Shown here piece after piece: positions 39,410 through 51,964 of a stretch of 64,000 nucleotides of DNA. The position numbers and the translations under genes are program-made. The notes below the pieces were generated by a model, which had not been told where the DNA came from, did not search any database, and was given only the letters and a program-made list of their open reading frames with translations. The stretch is from Ginglymostoma cirratum (Eukaryota), in contig JAHRHZ010000140.1 in the NCBI GenBank assembly GCA_024137785.1, positions 31,908,930 to 31,972,929 on the forward strand, in the 5' to 3' direction. How positions within the stretch are numbered: the first letter of the stretch is position 1; each line of letters opens with the position of its first letter.

Positions 39410-42057
39410 ACGGTCAGACTTCACTCATGATAATACAGTAGGGGGTCAGGAAAGAATTAAACCCACAAGCATTGTCATGAGCTTATTGAATTTCTTAACA
39501 TCTTATGAGGGGCTAGAAAAATAAATGTCCTATTTCTGCTGTGTATGACACTTGAGGTGCTCTAGAAACATAGCAAAAAGACATTGCAAGCAGATAGCTA
39601 TGGACATCAGTGACAAGAGTCAAGCCCTGAGGAACTGGATGCCACAACAGCTAAAATGACCTCACAGGAGTAGTCAAGGTCAATGAATGCATCTTCAATT
39701 ACTAGCCTTAGACAGTGTGCAAATCATCAGACTCCCAACACTCCTTTATTGGCAAACTCTATAAATCAGACACCTAACCTAAGATTAAGATTCTTGACAT
39801 CATCCTAATGCACTTAGCAGTGCAGCAAACCTCACAACCGCATTTCACAGCTGCCACACTCTGCTAACTATTCAACCAGGACAGTTATGTTAGCCGTACA
39901 GATTGCATCACAATCACTAGAACAATTACTTCTCAAGGGCAAGGTGACACAAAAGTAACAGAAGAAGAACAAGAACTCCTACATTTCCTGACTCCCCTAA
40001 AGGCCATTATTGGGCTGTTAGTTGCTGAGACCTTGGTCAATGGCTGCACTGAAACTACTTAAGATGACTTTCTCCTCATACTTACTCCTTCTCTTTGCAT
40101 CACAACCCTCCCCCTCATCTCACATTCTTTCCTGATTTAACAAATGAAGAAAATGTCTGCATAATGTTCTTATATTAGCACTCCCCCACCTTCCCCACCA
40201 CCATCACGCCTCCCTGATTGAAACACAGTTCTATCCATTCAAATACCAAAACCTGGTCAGTCAGCGAAGAGGACATTGCCAATGAAGACACAACACTATC
40301 ACTGGATTTCACACTCATGACCATCAACACAAGTATTGACACTGTGCATGTCTTCAAGGACGGATCTGCATGTGGTTGTGGAGAGACTGGCCATGGGCGT
40401 ACTGCAGCCAAGGTTAGCACAGATGGTGGCTCCTCAGATGGCAAGGTCCCACACAGGTTCCGCTGTAGAAGACTAAGAAGAGGATTTCAATCACAGAGTT
40501 TGCAGAAAAGCTTGATGGCTATATGCAACAAAATGTCTGGTCAATTGCCTGCTGATAGCTTCTAGAAGTATGTAAGATGACCACAGCAATTTGGCACAGA
40601 TCCTTACATTGAATTTGGAGCGCATCCTTGGCAGCACTTTCATGGTGTCCAAATCCCAGTAGCACATTTGTGGACACAGCCATGATGCAGGATCTGATGG
40701 CCAATGTTGCAGTTTTTGACACTGTTCAAGCAGCAGTCATCCAACTGTTGCAGTGGAAGTTCAGACTGAGGCTGTACAAACTCCGTTTGCAGGCGTCATA
40801 GCTGTAGGTGACAGTGTGCACAGGAGATTATACCATATAACAGTAGCCCAACAATCTGTCCTCCAGATGATTTCTACAACTGCTGAGGTGCCGCCCCAAT
40901 GGAGTGGCAGTGCCTTTTATGGAGCAGAAACCTGTTGCTCCCTCTAGGGATGATAGTTTTCATCTTCCCACCACTGCCATGCCACCAGTGCCCTTGTTGA
41001 CGCCTGTTAGCCAACCAGCGCAGATCGCTGCCAGCCTGTCCAAGATGTTGCTGCTCACTCCTGAGCTTTCCTGGTGCAGAACTGTTTGAGATGGTCCTCC
41101 AAGACCACCCCAAGTCTCACCTACTGAAAGTCAGCTGCCATATTGCAGTTACAAGGAAAACACTGGATATCAAGACTAGGGCAGGAAAAGACAGAACCGG
41201 AAATGAGGCCAACTACAACATCAGACCAGACCTCATAAATAACAAACAGGACAGACTAATAACGCTTCATCGGAGGCACACTTATGATGTTATCTAGTAT
41301 GGTGACAAAATGTCTACGAACCAACCTACCAGCTCAGTGAACAAATCAACAACCTCATCCACTACCCAAGCTACAAGTCTTCTCAAAAACTTTAAAAGAC
41401 ATACAGACACTAGACAACAAGAAAGGTGCAAAGCTGACAAAGTGATTTTTGTATGCAATATGGTATGAGTTCATTTCCAAGTTTGGTTTAGAATGTTAAG
41501 TTTTTAGTCATTCTAACTTGTGTATCATGGCCCATACAACAATTGTCATTGACAGAGGGAAAGAAAGACATCAGGCCTTTGGTTAGTGGAGAATTGGGGT
41601 TGCATTCAGTGGTATCATAGGCAAGGTACCATTAATGTCCCAAGGGGAAGCCTCATTACTGGTGAAACACTGTATTTGCTCCACCCGCTTTCTTTGGTGA
41701 GGGAGAATGATTGTTAGCTCTCTTTGAGCTTCCTTAAGCAACAATGGATGGCAAACTGCAAAATCATTCAAATATCCTGCACTAAAGATTGGAAAAAAGC
41801 CGATAAATAAATGTTCTTTACCACAGTGGCCTTCACAGCCACTGCCAATGTTGTCCTTGTCCAGTTGTAGTTGTGGCAGATTTCAGTGAGACCTAGCTAT
41901 CACACATATTGCTGTTCACTGAAGGAGGAGAATCCTCCTTAAACAAGCTGGACAGATATGGGCTGCTGCTGCAGGCCTTCTTTTTCCAACAGCACTGAGT
42001 CCTGCTCTGTCCTAGTCTCCATTTATTCACTAAATCATGCCATATTCCAAAGAGAAT
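39410..42057. mobile_element. Decayed PIF/Harbinger DNA transposon (Myb/SANT-like relic on +, transposase relic on -)
   Basis: Plus strand: ggatgccacaacagctaaaatgacctcacaggagtagtcaaggtc, a possible KKFNDL-type relic. Minus strand at about 41820-41895: TEICH...TLAVAVKATV, resembling the HARBI1-type LPVAVKVT motif. Confidence 0.55.
41150..41395 (+). mobile_element. 3' end of a second Penelope-like family with a decayed hammerhead
   Basis: ggaggcaca-CTTATGA-T-GTTATC-tagtat-GGTGAC-AAAATGTC, then ...ccagctcagtgaacaaa...gctacaagtcttctcaaaa. Confidence 0.7.
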
Positions 42058-42973
42058 TGTCATGATACTAATGAAATACGGACTTTCAATTTTTGTCTTA
42101 CATCATCTGATTTAAATGCCTGGGGCTTCCATGAATAGAAACAATATCAAAGAGGAAGAAATGCTGATACAAAAATGGTCACAGTGATCACCTGACCACA
42201 GTTTGAGCCAAGCTTCATGAAAAAAAATCAATAAACAGGATGCAGGCTGAACTGTAATTAATGTGTTATCAAAGACACTGAAACTGCTCAATCAAATCTC
42301 TATCTCCTGTTTAATTTATACCCCTGTGGAAAGTTCACATGTTGATGTGCAAAACATTGCCTACAGTTATTCAGCTTGGAAACAATAAATCCAGACATGG
42401 GAATACATGAATGAGCTTTTTTCAAGCAAAATGCTTTGGCACAGCTAAATGAGATGATTTATAATTGGAACAGGAGAAGATTCTTTTAATCTCCCCTGCT
42501 TTCTCTTGACCTCATAAAGGGTAAAGCACCTGAGGTTAACGTGAAATGAAGGAAACATCCAATCACCAAGAACTCCAACATATCTGTTATATCCATGGCT
42601 GCCATTGGTCTAGGATATCCTTAAACAACTGTGATCTCCAGTGAAAACTTAATATCTCAAACAACCTGAGGTTTTGAAGCTGTGTATTATTCAATCTTCC
42701 TTACTGTACTGGGCATTATCCCCTTTTTAAGTTTTGTACCTGTATTTCTGTGTGTTTCATGTTGCATTATTGTTTATTATTTTTCTCAGGTCTGGCTCTT
42801 CCTTTCATTCAAAGAAAGCTTGTAATTGACTCCTTAATTTCTGGTGAACTAGTTAACTACATTCTTCCGGAAGGGAGGCATGGCTGCATGCTGAAACTAT
42901 CATTAATTTTTTTTCTCTCTGAAGCCAACTAGGGAGGTTGAAAAGAGGGGAGCTTCCTTACTGAGTGGCAACA
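42058..42973 (+). mobile_element. 5' LTR of the outer LTR retroelement
   Basis: Starts TGTCATGA, ends ...AACA, followed by the tRNA-Pro-like PBS TGGGGGCT (42978). Homologous along its length to 50313-51358. Confidence 0.8.
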
Positions 42974-43864
42974 GATTTGGGGGCTGGCCATAACGCAGCA
43001 AACAGGTTATTTCAAGTGAGTACCAGTTAGTGCTAGAGGTGTACGACCAAAAATTCAGTACCTGCAGGAAACAGCCTGACCAAATATATCTAGAGAACCT
43101 TAAGCTCTTCATCTTTACCAATGGATATGCACATTTAAGATTGAGGCCACCTCCTAAAACCCTTGTAAGGTAAGTCTCCTTAGAGTTCAAAAACTGAATA
43201 CCCTTCCAAGTCAGAGCACATATAGATTTATATGGGGTAGCAGGGCTCAGATAGGTGGCAATGCGGTCTAACGACAATGAATTAACACACACACCTATAA
43301 ACGCAGTTAAACTGGGTCTGCAATCTTTCACAGGCTAGAAAGAGGTAAAGAGGGGAAAATGGATGCGAGTTTGCCTCCAAAAGTACATTTATCTGATATG
43401 GAATTGCCTATATTATCTCCAGTAATATAAGAAAATGGGCTTGATTTTGTGGTATTGAAGGCTCCAAAAAAATGGTTATTACAGCTAACTGTTATACACA
43501 ACTGGTATACACATTAAGAGTCTGAACTGATATTAAGCAACATTGTCCCACACATCTAGTCACGTGCCATGATTCAAACGATAATAAATTAAGATAAAGT
43601 ATGAGATCTTTATACCCTCAGGTCACGTGCTATGATGCACTGACAATATCATGAGAATGTCACTTAAAAGTGAGAAGGGAAGGCAGCAGTGTTGTAGTAA
43701 AGTCACTGGGTCAGTAATCAACGGTCCCTCTAAATTGCGTAGCATTCTACACAAAGCAATTGACATTGATATACTGATCATGGCACTGACTTTGGTTCCA
43801 GATGTCGCTGCTGTACACGGACCTTGGAGACCTGTGCAGCTAGAAAAAAAAAAATTAGAGGGAA

Positions 43865-44197
43865 TCCTGCTAGAAGTCCAGAACCCCAAGGTAATTTCTG
43901 GGGACATGGGTTTGAATATTCCCAATGTCATACGGTGAAATTTGAATTCATTGAACTGAATTCAATAAAAATCTGGAATTAATAAAAAGTAGTCTAATGC
44001 TAATTGTTATTTTAAAAAAACACACCTCATTCACTAATGCCCTTTTATTGAAGGAAATCTGCCATCCTTATCTAGTCTGACCTACATGTGACACCAGACC
44101 CAAAGACTTTTAACTGTCCCCTAAACTGCAAGTAGTAACAGTCAATAAATGCTGGCATAGCTAGTAACACCTATATCCATATGAATGAATAAATGAA
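43865..44197 (+). mobile_element. tRNA-headed SINE (CR1-group tail)
   Basis: tctggggacatgggtttgaat...gaaggaaatctgccatccttatctagtctgacctacatgtgac...caataaatgctggc. Confidence 0.85.
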
Positions 44198-44445
44198 ACA
44201 TTCTGACGGTGGGACATAACACAACATCCCCCTTAAATGTATCCAACACTGATAAATATAGTTGTATATAGTCACATATTGTCAATTCAATAATTATACA
44301 AACAGGTAAATGAGGGCTTATAAGACTACAATTTCAAAATTCAATTTTACTCTTTGGAGGCTTGACAACTCATCGTGATCTGTTAGTTTATAGCTCTATG
44401 TTTTTGGAGAGGTATGCAATGTTCTCTGTTGTTCTTACTTGATAA

Positions 44446-44660
44446 GTGGTTTGGTTAACTCAGTTGACTGGATGGCTGGTTTGCAATGCAGAGTAACACC
44501 AACAGCATGAGTTCAATTGCTGCACCAGCTGAAGGACTCTCTTTCTCAACCTCTTCCCTCACTTAGTGAACCCTCAGGTTAAACTACTGCTGGTTGTCTC
44601 CCTCTAATGAGACAGCAGCCCTATGGTCCAGTAGGATTGCAGTAGCTTTACTTTTACTTG
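44446..44660 (+). mobile_element. tRNA-derived SINE of another family
   Basis: ttaactcagttgactgg (A-box-like), gagttcaattgc (B-box-like) and a tail ctctaatgagacagcagccctatggtcc...ctttacttttactt. Confidence 0.7.
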
Positions 44661-47600
44661 GGTCTATTGCTGTCACTCAACATCGCCACACTCATCACAT
44701 TGGAGCATTCTTCCTCACTCTGTTTGTGCAAGAAGAGTATGCCATACATTGGTGTGAGCAAGCTTCTGTTCCATGGAAATGTAGCACTCTGATTAGTAAT
44801 GACTTTGTACGATCTGGGCTGGTTGCATAATTTAGAAACCTTTGCCAATACCTAATGTTGGTGTTTGTATTTCTAATGGGAGTGTATCACAATATTTGCC
44901 CAATGTGCAATTTTGCTAGTTCTGCCACTGCACTAGTGGTTCATTCGCCTCTGTCCTTGAGAAAGAACATCGTGTAATTTGAAATGGTTAGATCAATGGA
45001 TTGCTGGGCAATCTCATTTGCACTTTTTTTCCGAACATAAGTCGTGCTGGATGGTATTCCCTTTTCCATTGGTGTTGTATGAAAATATAGCAGTGCAATT
45101 TGAAAATCTTAACTTTTGTGATTATTAGTATGATATTTTATGTCTTACGTTCTGCGAGTGCGGTTAGTCGAATGATTACATGATATGGATCACGATGCAT
45201 TTAGTCCCATCTTGAAATAATTTGCCAGTATACTGTGGTTAACTGTCCACACTATCTGTTCCAGAATACCAAATGAACTGAAAATAACACACCATGATGT
45301 CAGCAACAGTTGTGCTTATTGTGTTGCTGAGTTGTCAAACAATGGTAGATTTAGGCAAGCGTTCTGTCACATGGATGGAAATGTCCCCGTGCAATGTGAA
45401 TAGGTCTGTTGCTACCTTCAGCTAAAAAGCGGAGGGAGCATCATATGAATACAGAGGCTCTCTAGCTGCTAGATTGATACATTTGGTATGCCTTAAATGA
45501 ATTCCCAAGTTGTTGAATATCCTGATTCATCCCTGTCCTGTACACAGATTCACATGCTAGCTATCTTGAGCATTCAATACCAGTCTGTCCCTGGTGTAAT
45601 ATGGACATGATATCTTGGTATTTATTTCTGCTAAGAAGACTTGTTTGCCCTTGAAACCAACTTTCCTGAATACCAAGTTCATCCTGGCATGACCAAAATG
45701 AATGAATCTTCTCAGATATTCCTTATGATCTTTTGCTACACTTCTAGTTGCTCATCTTTAGCAGTTGTTGATTGCAACTTGACACACTGGCTCTATCCAA
45801 AGTGTAAAAATATCTTCAACCCTGTAGTCAACAACATCCATTGTCAAAAGGAACATCTTGGTCTTTGTGTGCATTGTGTGCAATTAGGAGCTAATTCTTC
45901 CAAAATTTTGGGTGGATACCTTCTAAAAGAGAAGTTGAGGTGCCAAGGATGGAAGCATATTCTTTTGGTTACATTTTACTTTAAAACACACATGATGGAG
46001 CTGTACCAATCTGTCCTTTCATGATGTAAACATTTACAACCTTTAAAATCATCTGATTACCTTAATCCATCAACATGATGTGTGACGTTGACAATATCAA
46101 AAGCTTGGCCACCCTCAGAAATTTGCTTTTCACTTGTCTGCCACTGAACTTCATGGACATGTATGTATTTGTGCACCTTTTCAACATGTTCTTTGCTGCC
46201 AGTCTGGTGCTGTTGTACCATCTTGTTTGTCAACTGAGTTTTGTTCTGGGGTCTAGCTTGGCCTTTGGAACAAAGTTTCCTGCACTTTGTGCCCAACATC
46301 CCTTGCCACATTTTACAGACATCAAGAAAAGTTGGACAGATTTTGGGAATGGATGACACACAGATTTTGTTGATTTGGTGCACTTCTTTGACCATAATAA
46401 TCATGTTAGCTGCACAAAAAGCATGGAGTTATTACTGGCCTGCCACTGTGGCTTCATACTTGCATCCGTCCTTAAGTAATGCATCAATGGTATATCTTTT
46501 TCCACTTGTCCAAAAGATTGTTACTTAAGGCTTTAATTGGTATAGATTAACTCAGCAAATCTCTCTGACAGCTCCTCCTCTGAAAAATCACATTCGTCAT
46601 CATGCTTTGCTGTGGCATCTTCCCACAAACTAGTTAACAGACTCTTATTGCATGACATATATTTGACATATATTAATCCCTTACATTAATTCTTATCTTG
46701 ACCTTGTCTTACAGAACTTTCCAGATCTTTTCTGGATCTTTCTAATTATCTGCAAGATGATTGAGTGTGTTCATTCTGCAAAGGCCCTTCTTGACAATGG
46801 CAAGCAAGATTTTTAGAGCACTTTACTTGAGATCATGTATTGTTTATCTATCAAATGAACTCTGTATGGTGTGTGAACTCTTGTAATTCAGTAAAGGTGT
46901 CACTGGATGCCCATTCCACATTGAGGTTTCTTCTATCCATGATTCAGCCTTAAAAACGTTGTACTTCAAGCCAAACTGTCCTAGACTTCATGCTGGGGTA
47001 GATAAAAACTGTTCCTTTTTAATAACAGACTGTGTTCTTAAGAACAGCTACTGTTCTGAGATTGGTACTTTTGGTTCAACTTTCAAGAACAAAGCATTCC
47101 TCGCCCCCAGCTCTCTGTGGTACACTGTGTTTCAGCTCAAATGTTAACAACAACCTTTTTTTTCATTTTTAATTGGGGCAAGCTGAGAAATGTGTTTTGT
47201 CTTAAAACAGCTTGTATTCCAATCAAAAGAAATTAGCTCTACCTTAGTACTTAATGCTGTACCTACACTTCTATACAACTACCAGTGCTCACAGGAACTG
47301 ATGCTCTTGACAGGTGAGAAACTGTCCCTTTGTCCTAATTCTCTGTTGTCCAAAGCTGTGGTCCAATAGTCTTCAATTAGTTTTTGTCAAATATCTACCG
47401 TGAAGATATTAGAGTATTTGCTACTGCTGCAAACCATGATATGTGTTTGTCTCCAACAGGATATTATACCTGATGGCAGGAATGCCTACGTTATCTCCAA
47501 TAATGTAACAGATGAGGTGTGGACATCACAATATTGAAGAATCCCAGAAAACATACATCACAACTTACAATTATACACAAACATTATATTCATCAGGCAC

Positions 47601-48622
47601 CTACTGCGTCTGGGCTAATATTATTTTAATGGAGTACAACAGAAGAACATTCTTGAAGGGATCTGATGGTAAATGAAGTCTGAGATTTTCATAATCCTCA
47701 GGTCACAGGCTGTGATGATACTGTGAGCATGTCTCTTAAAAAGTATACTGACATTCTGACTGTTAGACATAGAACAACAATAAGTACCCTGTGACAACCT
47801 AGAGAAAAAAGGAAGCCAGGCAGGGAAAGCAGAACTGTTCCCAACTGTTAAAAGAAGGGATCTGAATGAGAAATAGATGGGAAACCAGCCCAAGCGGTTT
47901 CAATGTGGGAATTCAGATCATGTAAAGAAAAACTGTTGGTTCCAATATCTCTTGGAAACTCTGACTGCAAGACTGATGTCTGTAGCATTAAGGATGGCCA
48001 GTGACTGCTCAGGCATTAATGTTGACCAAGATAGCTGTCAGGAGTTTTTGCTCACAGGAATGATAAACACTGACTGTTTTAAACAACCAGCAAGAGAAAT
48101 TAACATTTTCCAAGGCACTGGGTGCTCACAAACTTTGCTAATTCAGAAACTTTTGACCTGAAAGCAAATTAAATTCCAAAGTGCTGATAAAACAATTCAT
48201 AGGAAAATGTACAGAAATGCCACCGGTTTAAAGTTTAATAGAGAGCAAACTCATTATGGGAGCTTAGTAACAGTGGGGATAGTTCCCAGTTCATCAAAGC
48301 ACACATTTAATTGGGGAATGACCTGGCCCTAGCAAAACTTTCCCCTTAAAAGGAGAAGAAAATCCACGTTGCTGGAAAGGTTGGACATAGCCAGAAGTAA
48401 GCAACTGAGATGCTGGGAATCAAAAGGGGCTTGGAAGCTCTACAGAGGCAGTAAAAGCCAAGGGAGTGGATTGACTCAAAAGAGTCAACTGAATTAAACA
48501 GAGCTGAAGTCCAGCCAACAGTGTCAGAAAAGGCAATGACGGACCTGACGAATTAAAATAGTTGGAATTAGGCAAGCAGCCATAAACAATAGGGTCATTG
48601 GAGGTGATAAATGAAGACAGGG

Positions 48623-48750
48623 CAGAAGGGTTTAGGCCCGAAACGTCAAGTTTTCCTGCTCCTATGATGCTGCTTGACCTGCTGTGTTCATCCAGCCCCA
48701 TGCTTGTTATCTCGGATTCTCCAGCATCTGCAGTACCTTTTATCTCAGAA
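48623..48750 (+). mobile_element. Penelope-derived short insert with a partial hammerhead core
   Basis: GAA-GGGT-ttag-GCCC-GAAACGTC, then ttcctgctcctatgatgctgc...ccagcatctgcag; CAGAA on both flanks. Confidence 0.75.
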
Positions 48751-48937
48751 CCAGAGATCTTCATGGTAAAATTAAAGAGGCACTGGAGTGGTTCTTAAAT
48801 GGGGCAGGAGAAAGCAGTAATGAAGCCTCACTTAATGAATGAGTGAAAGAGCTGAACATTCATGTGATTGGAAGTAATGTTCCATGGAAAGTGGAACAGT
48901 TTAACAAATAGTTCAACTGAACCAATCAAGTTCATAC

Positions 48938-49950
48938 AAACAAAAACAGAAGTTGCTGGAAAAGCTCAGCAGGCCTGGCAGCATCTGTGAAGAGAAATCA
49001 GAGTTAATGTTATGGGTCCGGTGACTGATGGTAGCTAGGAAAATGTCGGTTCATATGCAGAAGGCAAGGTGGGGGGAAGCGGATCAGGAATAAATGACAG
49101 GTCGGGATAGAGCCCAAAGAGAGAGAAGAACAGTTGATCAGGCAAAGCAGTTGATAATAATCTGGCTGGGAGGGTGAATAGCTGTTAATGGAGACAGTTA
49201 GTGTCTAACAATAGGTTGTGTGTAATGACAGACTATGCGAAAACAAGGCCTGGTGTGTGGGGTAGTGGGGCTCGGACATGGGAGAGTTCAGGCCCTAAAG
49301 TTATTGAGCTCAATACTGAGTCTGGAGGGCTGCAGGGTCTCCAAGGAGAAAATGAGGTGTTGTTCTTCCAGCTTGTGTTGAGCTTTGCTGGACACTGCAG
49401 CAAGCCAGAGACAGAGACGTTTGCCAGGGAGCAGGGTGATATGCTAAAGTGACAGGCAATTGGAAGCTCAGGATCTTTTTTGTGGGCAGAACGTAGATGT
49501 TCTGCAAAGCGGTCACCCAGTCTACGCTTTGTTTCCCCAATGTACAGAAGACCATATTGTGAGTAGCGAATGCAATAGACTAGACTATGGGAATGCAGGT
49601 AAGTGCTGTTTCACCTGGAAGGTATGTTTGGGCCCATGAGGAGGGAGACGTAAATGGGCAGGTGTAACGCCTTTGGCAGTTGCAGGGGAAAGTGCTGTGG
49701 GATTGTGGGAGGGTGGGGGATGTTGGGTATATAGGAAGAGTGGACCAGGGTGTCCCGAAGGGAAGGCGGACAAGGGAGAGGAGGGGAATATAGGTGGCAG
49801 CTTGCTGGAAGTGGTGGAAATGGCAGCTGATGATCTTCTGGATATGCACGCTGGTGGGATGTTAAATAAGGACAAGGGGAACCTTATCGCTGTTGCAGGA
49901 AGGAAGAGAGGGGGTGAGGGCGGAAGCGTGGAAGATAGGTCAAAGTTCAC
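48938..49950 (-). mobile_element. 5'-truncated Penelope-like element with GIY-YIG endonuclease
   Basis: Reverse strand encodes LVYCIRYSQYGLLYIGETKRRLGDRFAEHLRSAHKKDPELPIACHF. Its terminal repeat (48940-49025) is shared with the 51000 and 37550 copies. Confidence 0.92.
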
Positions 49951-50990
49951 ATAAACTTCAATGAGAAAGATTCAGGATGCATGTCTAGACACTGCAGCAG
50001 AGGCAAACATTGGAATGCCACCCACTTAACTCCTAGAAATCAATTTTGGAAAGGTGCATGAACCTGGCAAATGGAATATAGAACTGGGGAACGATGGGTT
50101 AAAACGTGGACAGATAGCAAATCCAGGGAAACCAGTCTTGCTGTCTTTTCCAGGTTTTGAAATTGGGTTAGAATGGAGAGGGTGAATGCAGAATGTTTGT
50201 GTAGTATTGTCCCAATTTTAGTGTTGTTATTGTATATCAATCTTTTAACAAAAAGCTCATTGCAAATAAGATGGAGAAATATTTTGTGCATCCCTTACTT
50301 GTGATGGAAAATTGTCATGACAGTGGGGAATATGGACTTCCAATTTTTGACTTCTTCACCCAGGACATTCATGGACTAAAATGCTTTCAAACAGGACAAT
50401 TACTGACTCAAAAACAAGGCCATACCAATCATCTGATCAGAGGTTGAGCCAAGTTTCATGGAACTTTCAATAAACACGAACTAATATGAACTGAAATTAG
50501 CATGTTTTTGAAGATACTGAAACTACACAACTAGATTTAAATCTCTTGCTAAATTTACACCATATGGAAAGCTCACATGTTGCCACAATTATCCAGCTTG
50601 GAAACAACAAACCCAGACACAAGAAAACATAAGTGAGTTGTTTTCCAAGCAACTGTTCTGGCAGAACTGAGTGAGTTGGATTTGTAAATGGAACTGGCGA
50701 CAATTCTTTCTTTCCTTGCTTTTTATTAGTGATCACCATAACGTAAAACATATCTGCAATATTCACAGCAGCCACTGATCCAGCACATACCTAACCAGCT
50801 GTGATCTCAGTTTAAAACTCAATACCTCAAGAATAGCCGAAGGACTTTAAACTGCATAGTCTTTCATCTTTCATTTTGCACAGGACACTATCCTTTGTTA
50901 AACGTTATAAGTGTGTTTCTGTGTATGCTTGATGTTAGGTTTTTATTATTTCTCTCAAGAAACACTGCGATTGAATCCTTAATTGTTTCT

Positions 50991-51218
50991 AACACAAAAA
51001 GAGAAGTTACTGTAAAAGCTCAGCAGGTCTCGCAGCACCTGTGAAGAGAAATCAGAGTTAATGTTTCAGGTCTGGTGATCCATCCTGGGTTCTGAAGAAG
51101 GGTCATTGGACCCGAAACATTAACTCTGATTTCTCTTCACAGATGCTGCCAGACCCACTGAGCTTTACCAGCAACTTCTGTTTTTCTTTCTGAATTATAG
51201 CATTTGCAGTTCTTTCGG
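50991..51218. mobile_element. Palindromic Penelope-derived insertion with hammerhead core and 14-bp TSD
   Basis: Inverted arms at about 50996-51081 and 51100-51185; TSD CCTTAATTGTTTCT at 50977-50990 and 51219-51232. Confidence 0.9.
51087..51126 (+). ncRNA. Minimal type I hammerhead ribozyme motif (probably impaired)
   Basis: Stem I GGGTT/AACTC, CTGAAGA, extra A, stem II GGGTC-attg-GACCC, then GAAAC-ATT. The palindromic ACGT seen at 48643 appears to have decayed to ACAT here. Confidence 0.7.
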
Positions 51219-51574
51219 CCTTAATTGTTTCTCATGAATTAGTTGAATACATTCTTATTGAGGTATAACTGCATACAAAAAAGGTAATAACTTTTGTTGC
51301 CAATGAAGGAGACTGAAAAGACAGCAGTCAATTTACACTTTCTCACCTGATCATAACAAAATGTTAATCTTTGTGCTGCCATGAATGGAAGCAACTGATT
51401 TGCGCAACAAATTTCAAGTCAATAAGAAAGCTTTCAGCAACTGCCACACCCTGTAGACTTTTTAAATTTGAAATAACTAAAGAAAGCACCAAACACTTGT
51501 ATCACAGCAACAACCTAAAGAAGTTGAGGTAGAACTAACCTGAATATAGTCGGTGTTCTTTAAAATAATTTATT

Positions 51575-51960
51575 TTGATTGGTCCATCCTACCAGTGTCC
51601 TGTAGCAACACTTCCCAACTTTTATACTCGATCCCACTTGCAATGGATGTTAACATTCTATTTTTCTGCTGTCCCAGTAATCTCTTGTGATTAATGTACA
51701 AGAACACCCAGATCCTTCTGTACACAGTATTCTGGAGTGTCTTTCCATTGAAATAACGTTTTGTTTTTATATTCTTTCTATCTAGGTGAACAACCTCACA
51801 TTTTCTCACCTTATTTTCCACCTGATAATTTTTTGCCTGTTCAGTTAAACTGTCTATATCCCTTTGCAGATCTTTGCACCCTCTTCACAATTTGCTTCTT
51901 TACTTACTGTTAAATTTTCTACAACACTGTTTATTTCTTCAATCTCATCCTTAATATAGA
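51575..51960 (-). mobile_element. CR1 RT 3' fragment
   Basis: KCEVVHLDRKN..YFNG..ML..IASGIEYKSWEVLLQ. Confidence 0.85.
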
Positions 51961-51964
51961 TTAC

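Larger units (their letters stand above)
43360..47534 (-). mobile_element. Inner Gypsy element with short (~100 bp) LTRs, nested in the outer element
   Basis: LTR copies at 43360-~43437 plus 44204-44226 and at 47437-47534. PPT AAGGGGGA-TGT (reverse complement, 44227-44234). PBS-like TGG next to 47436. Integrase relics FSSFGI..QIV and HILHQGQTGIE..ASESV..GMNQDI. Confidence 0.75.
47600..50312 (+). mobile_element. Internal region of the outer Gypsy-type element (gag/protease relics)
   Basis: Zinc-knuckle relic RFQCGNSDHVKKNC (about 47895-47936); protease C-terminal relic VTVGIVPS...GNDLA (about 48265-48330). Confidence 0.65.
50313..51358 (+). mobile_element. 3' LTR of the outer LTR retroelement (contains a Penelope insertion)
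   Basis: TGTCATGA...TCATAACA termini; colinear with 42058-42973 (gagccaag.ttcatg, ggaaag.tcacatgttg, cagcttggaaacaa.aaa.ccagaca). Confidence 0.8.

Noticed and set aside
50996-51185. pre-miRNA hairpin
   Set aside because: Fully explained by an inverted Penelope terminal repeat with a TSD.
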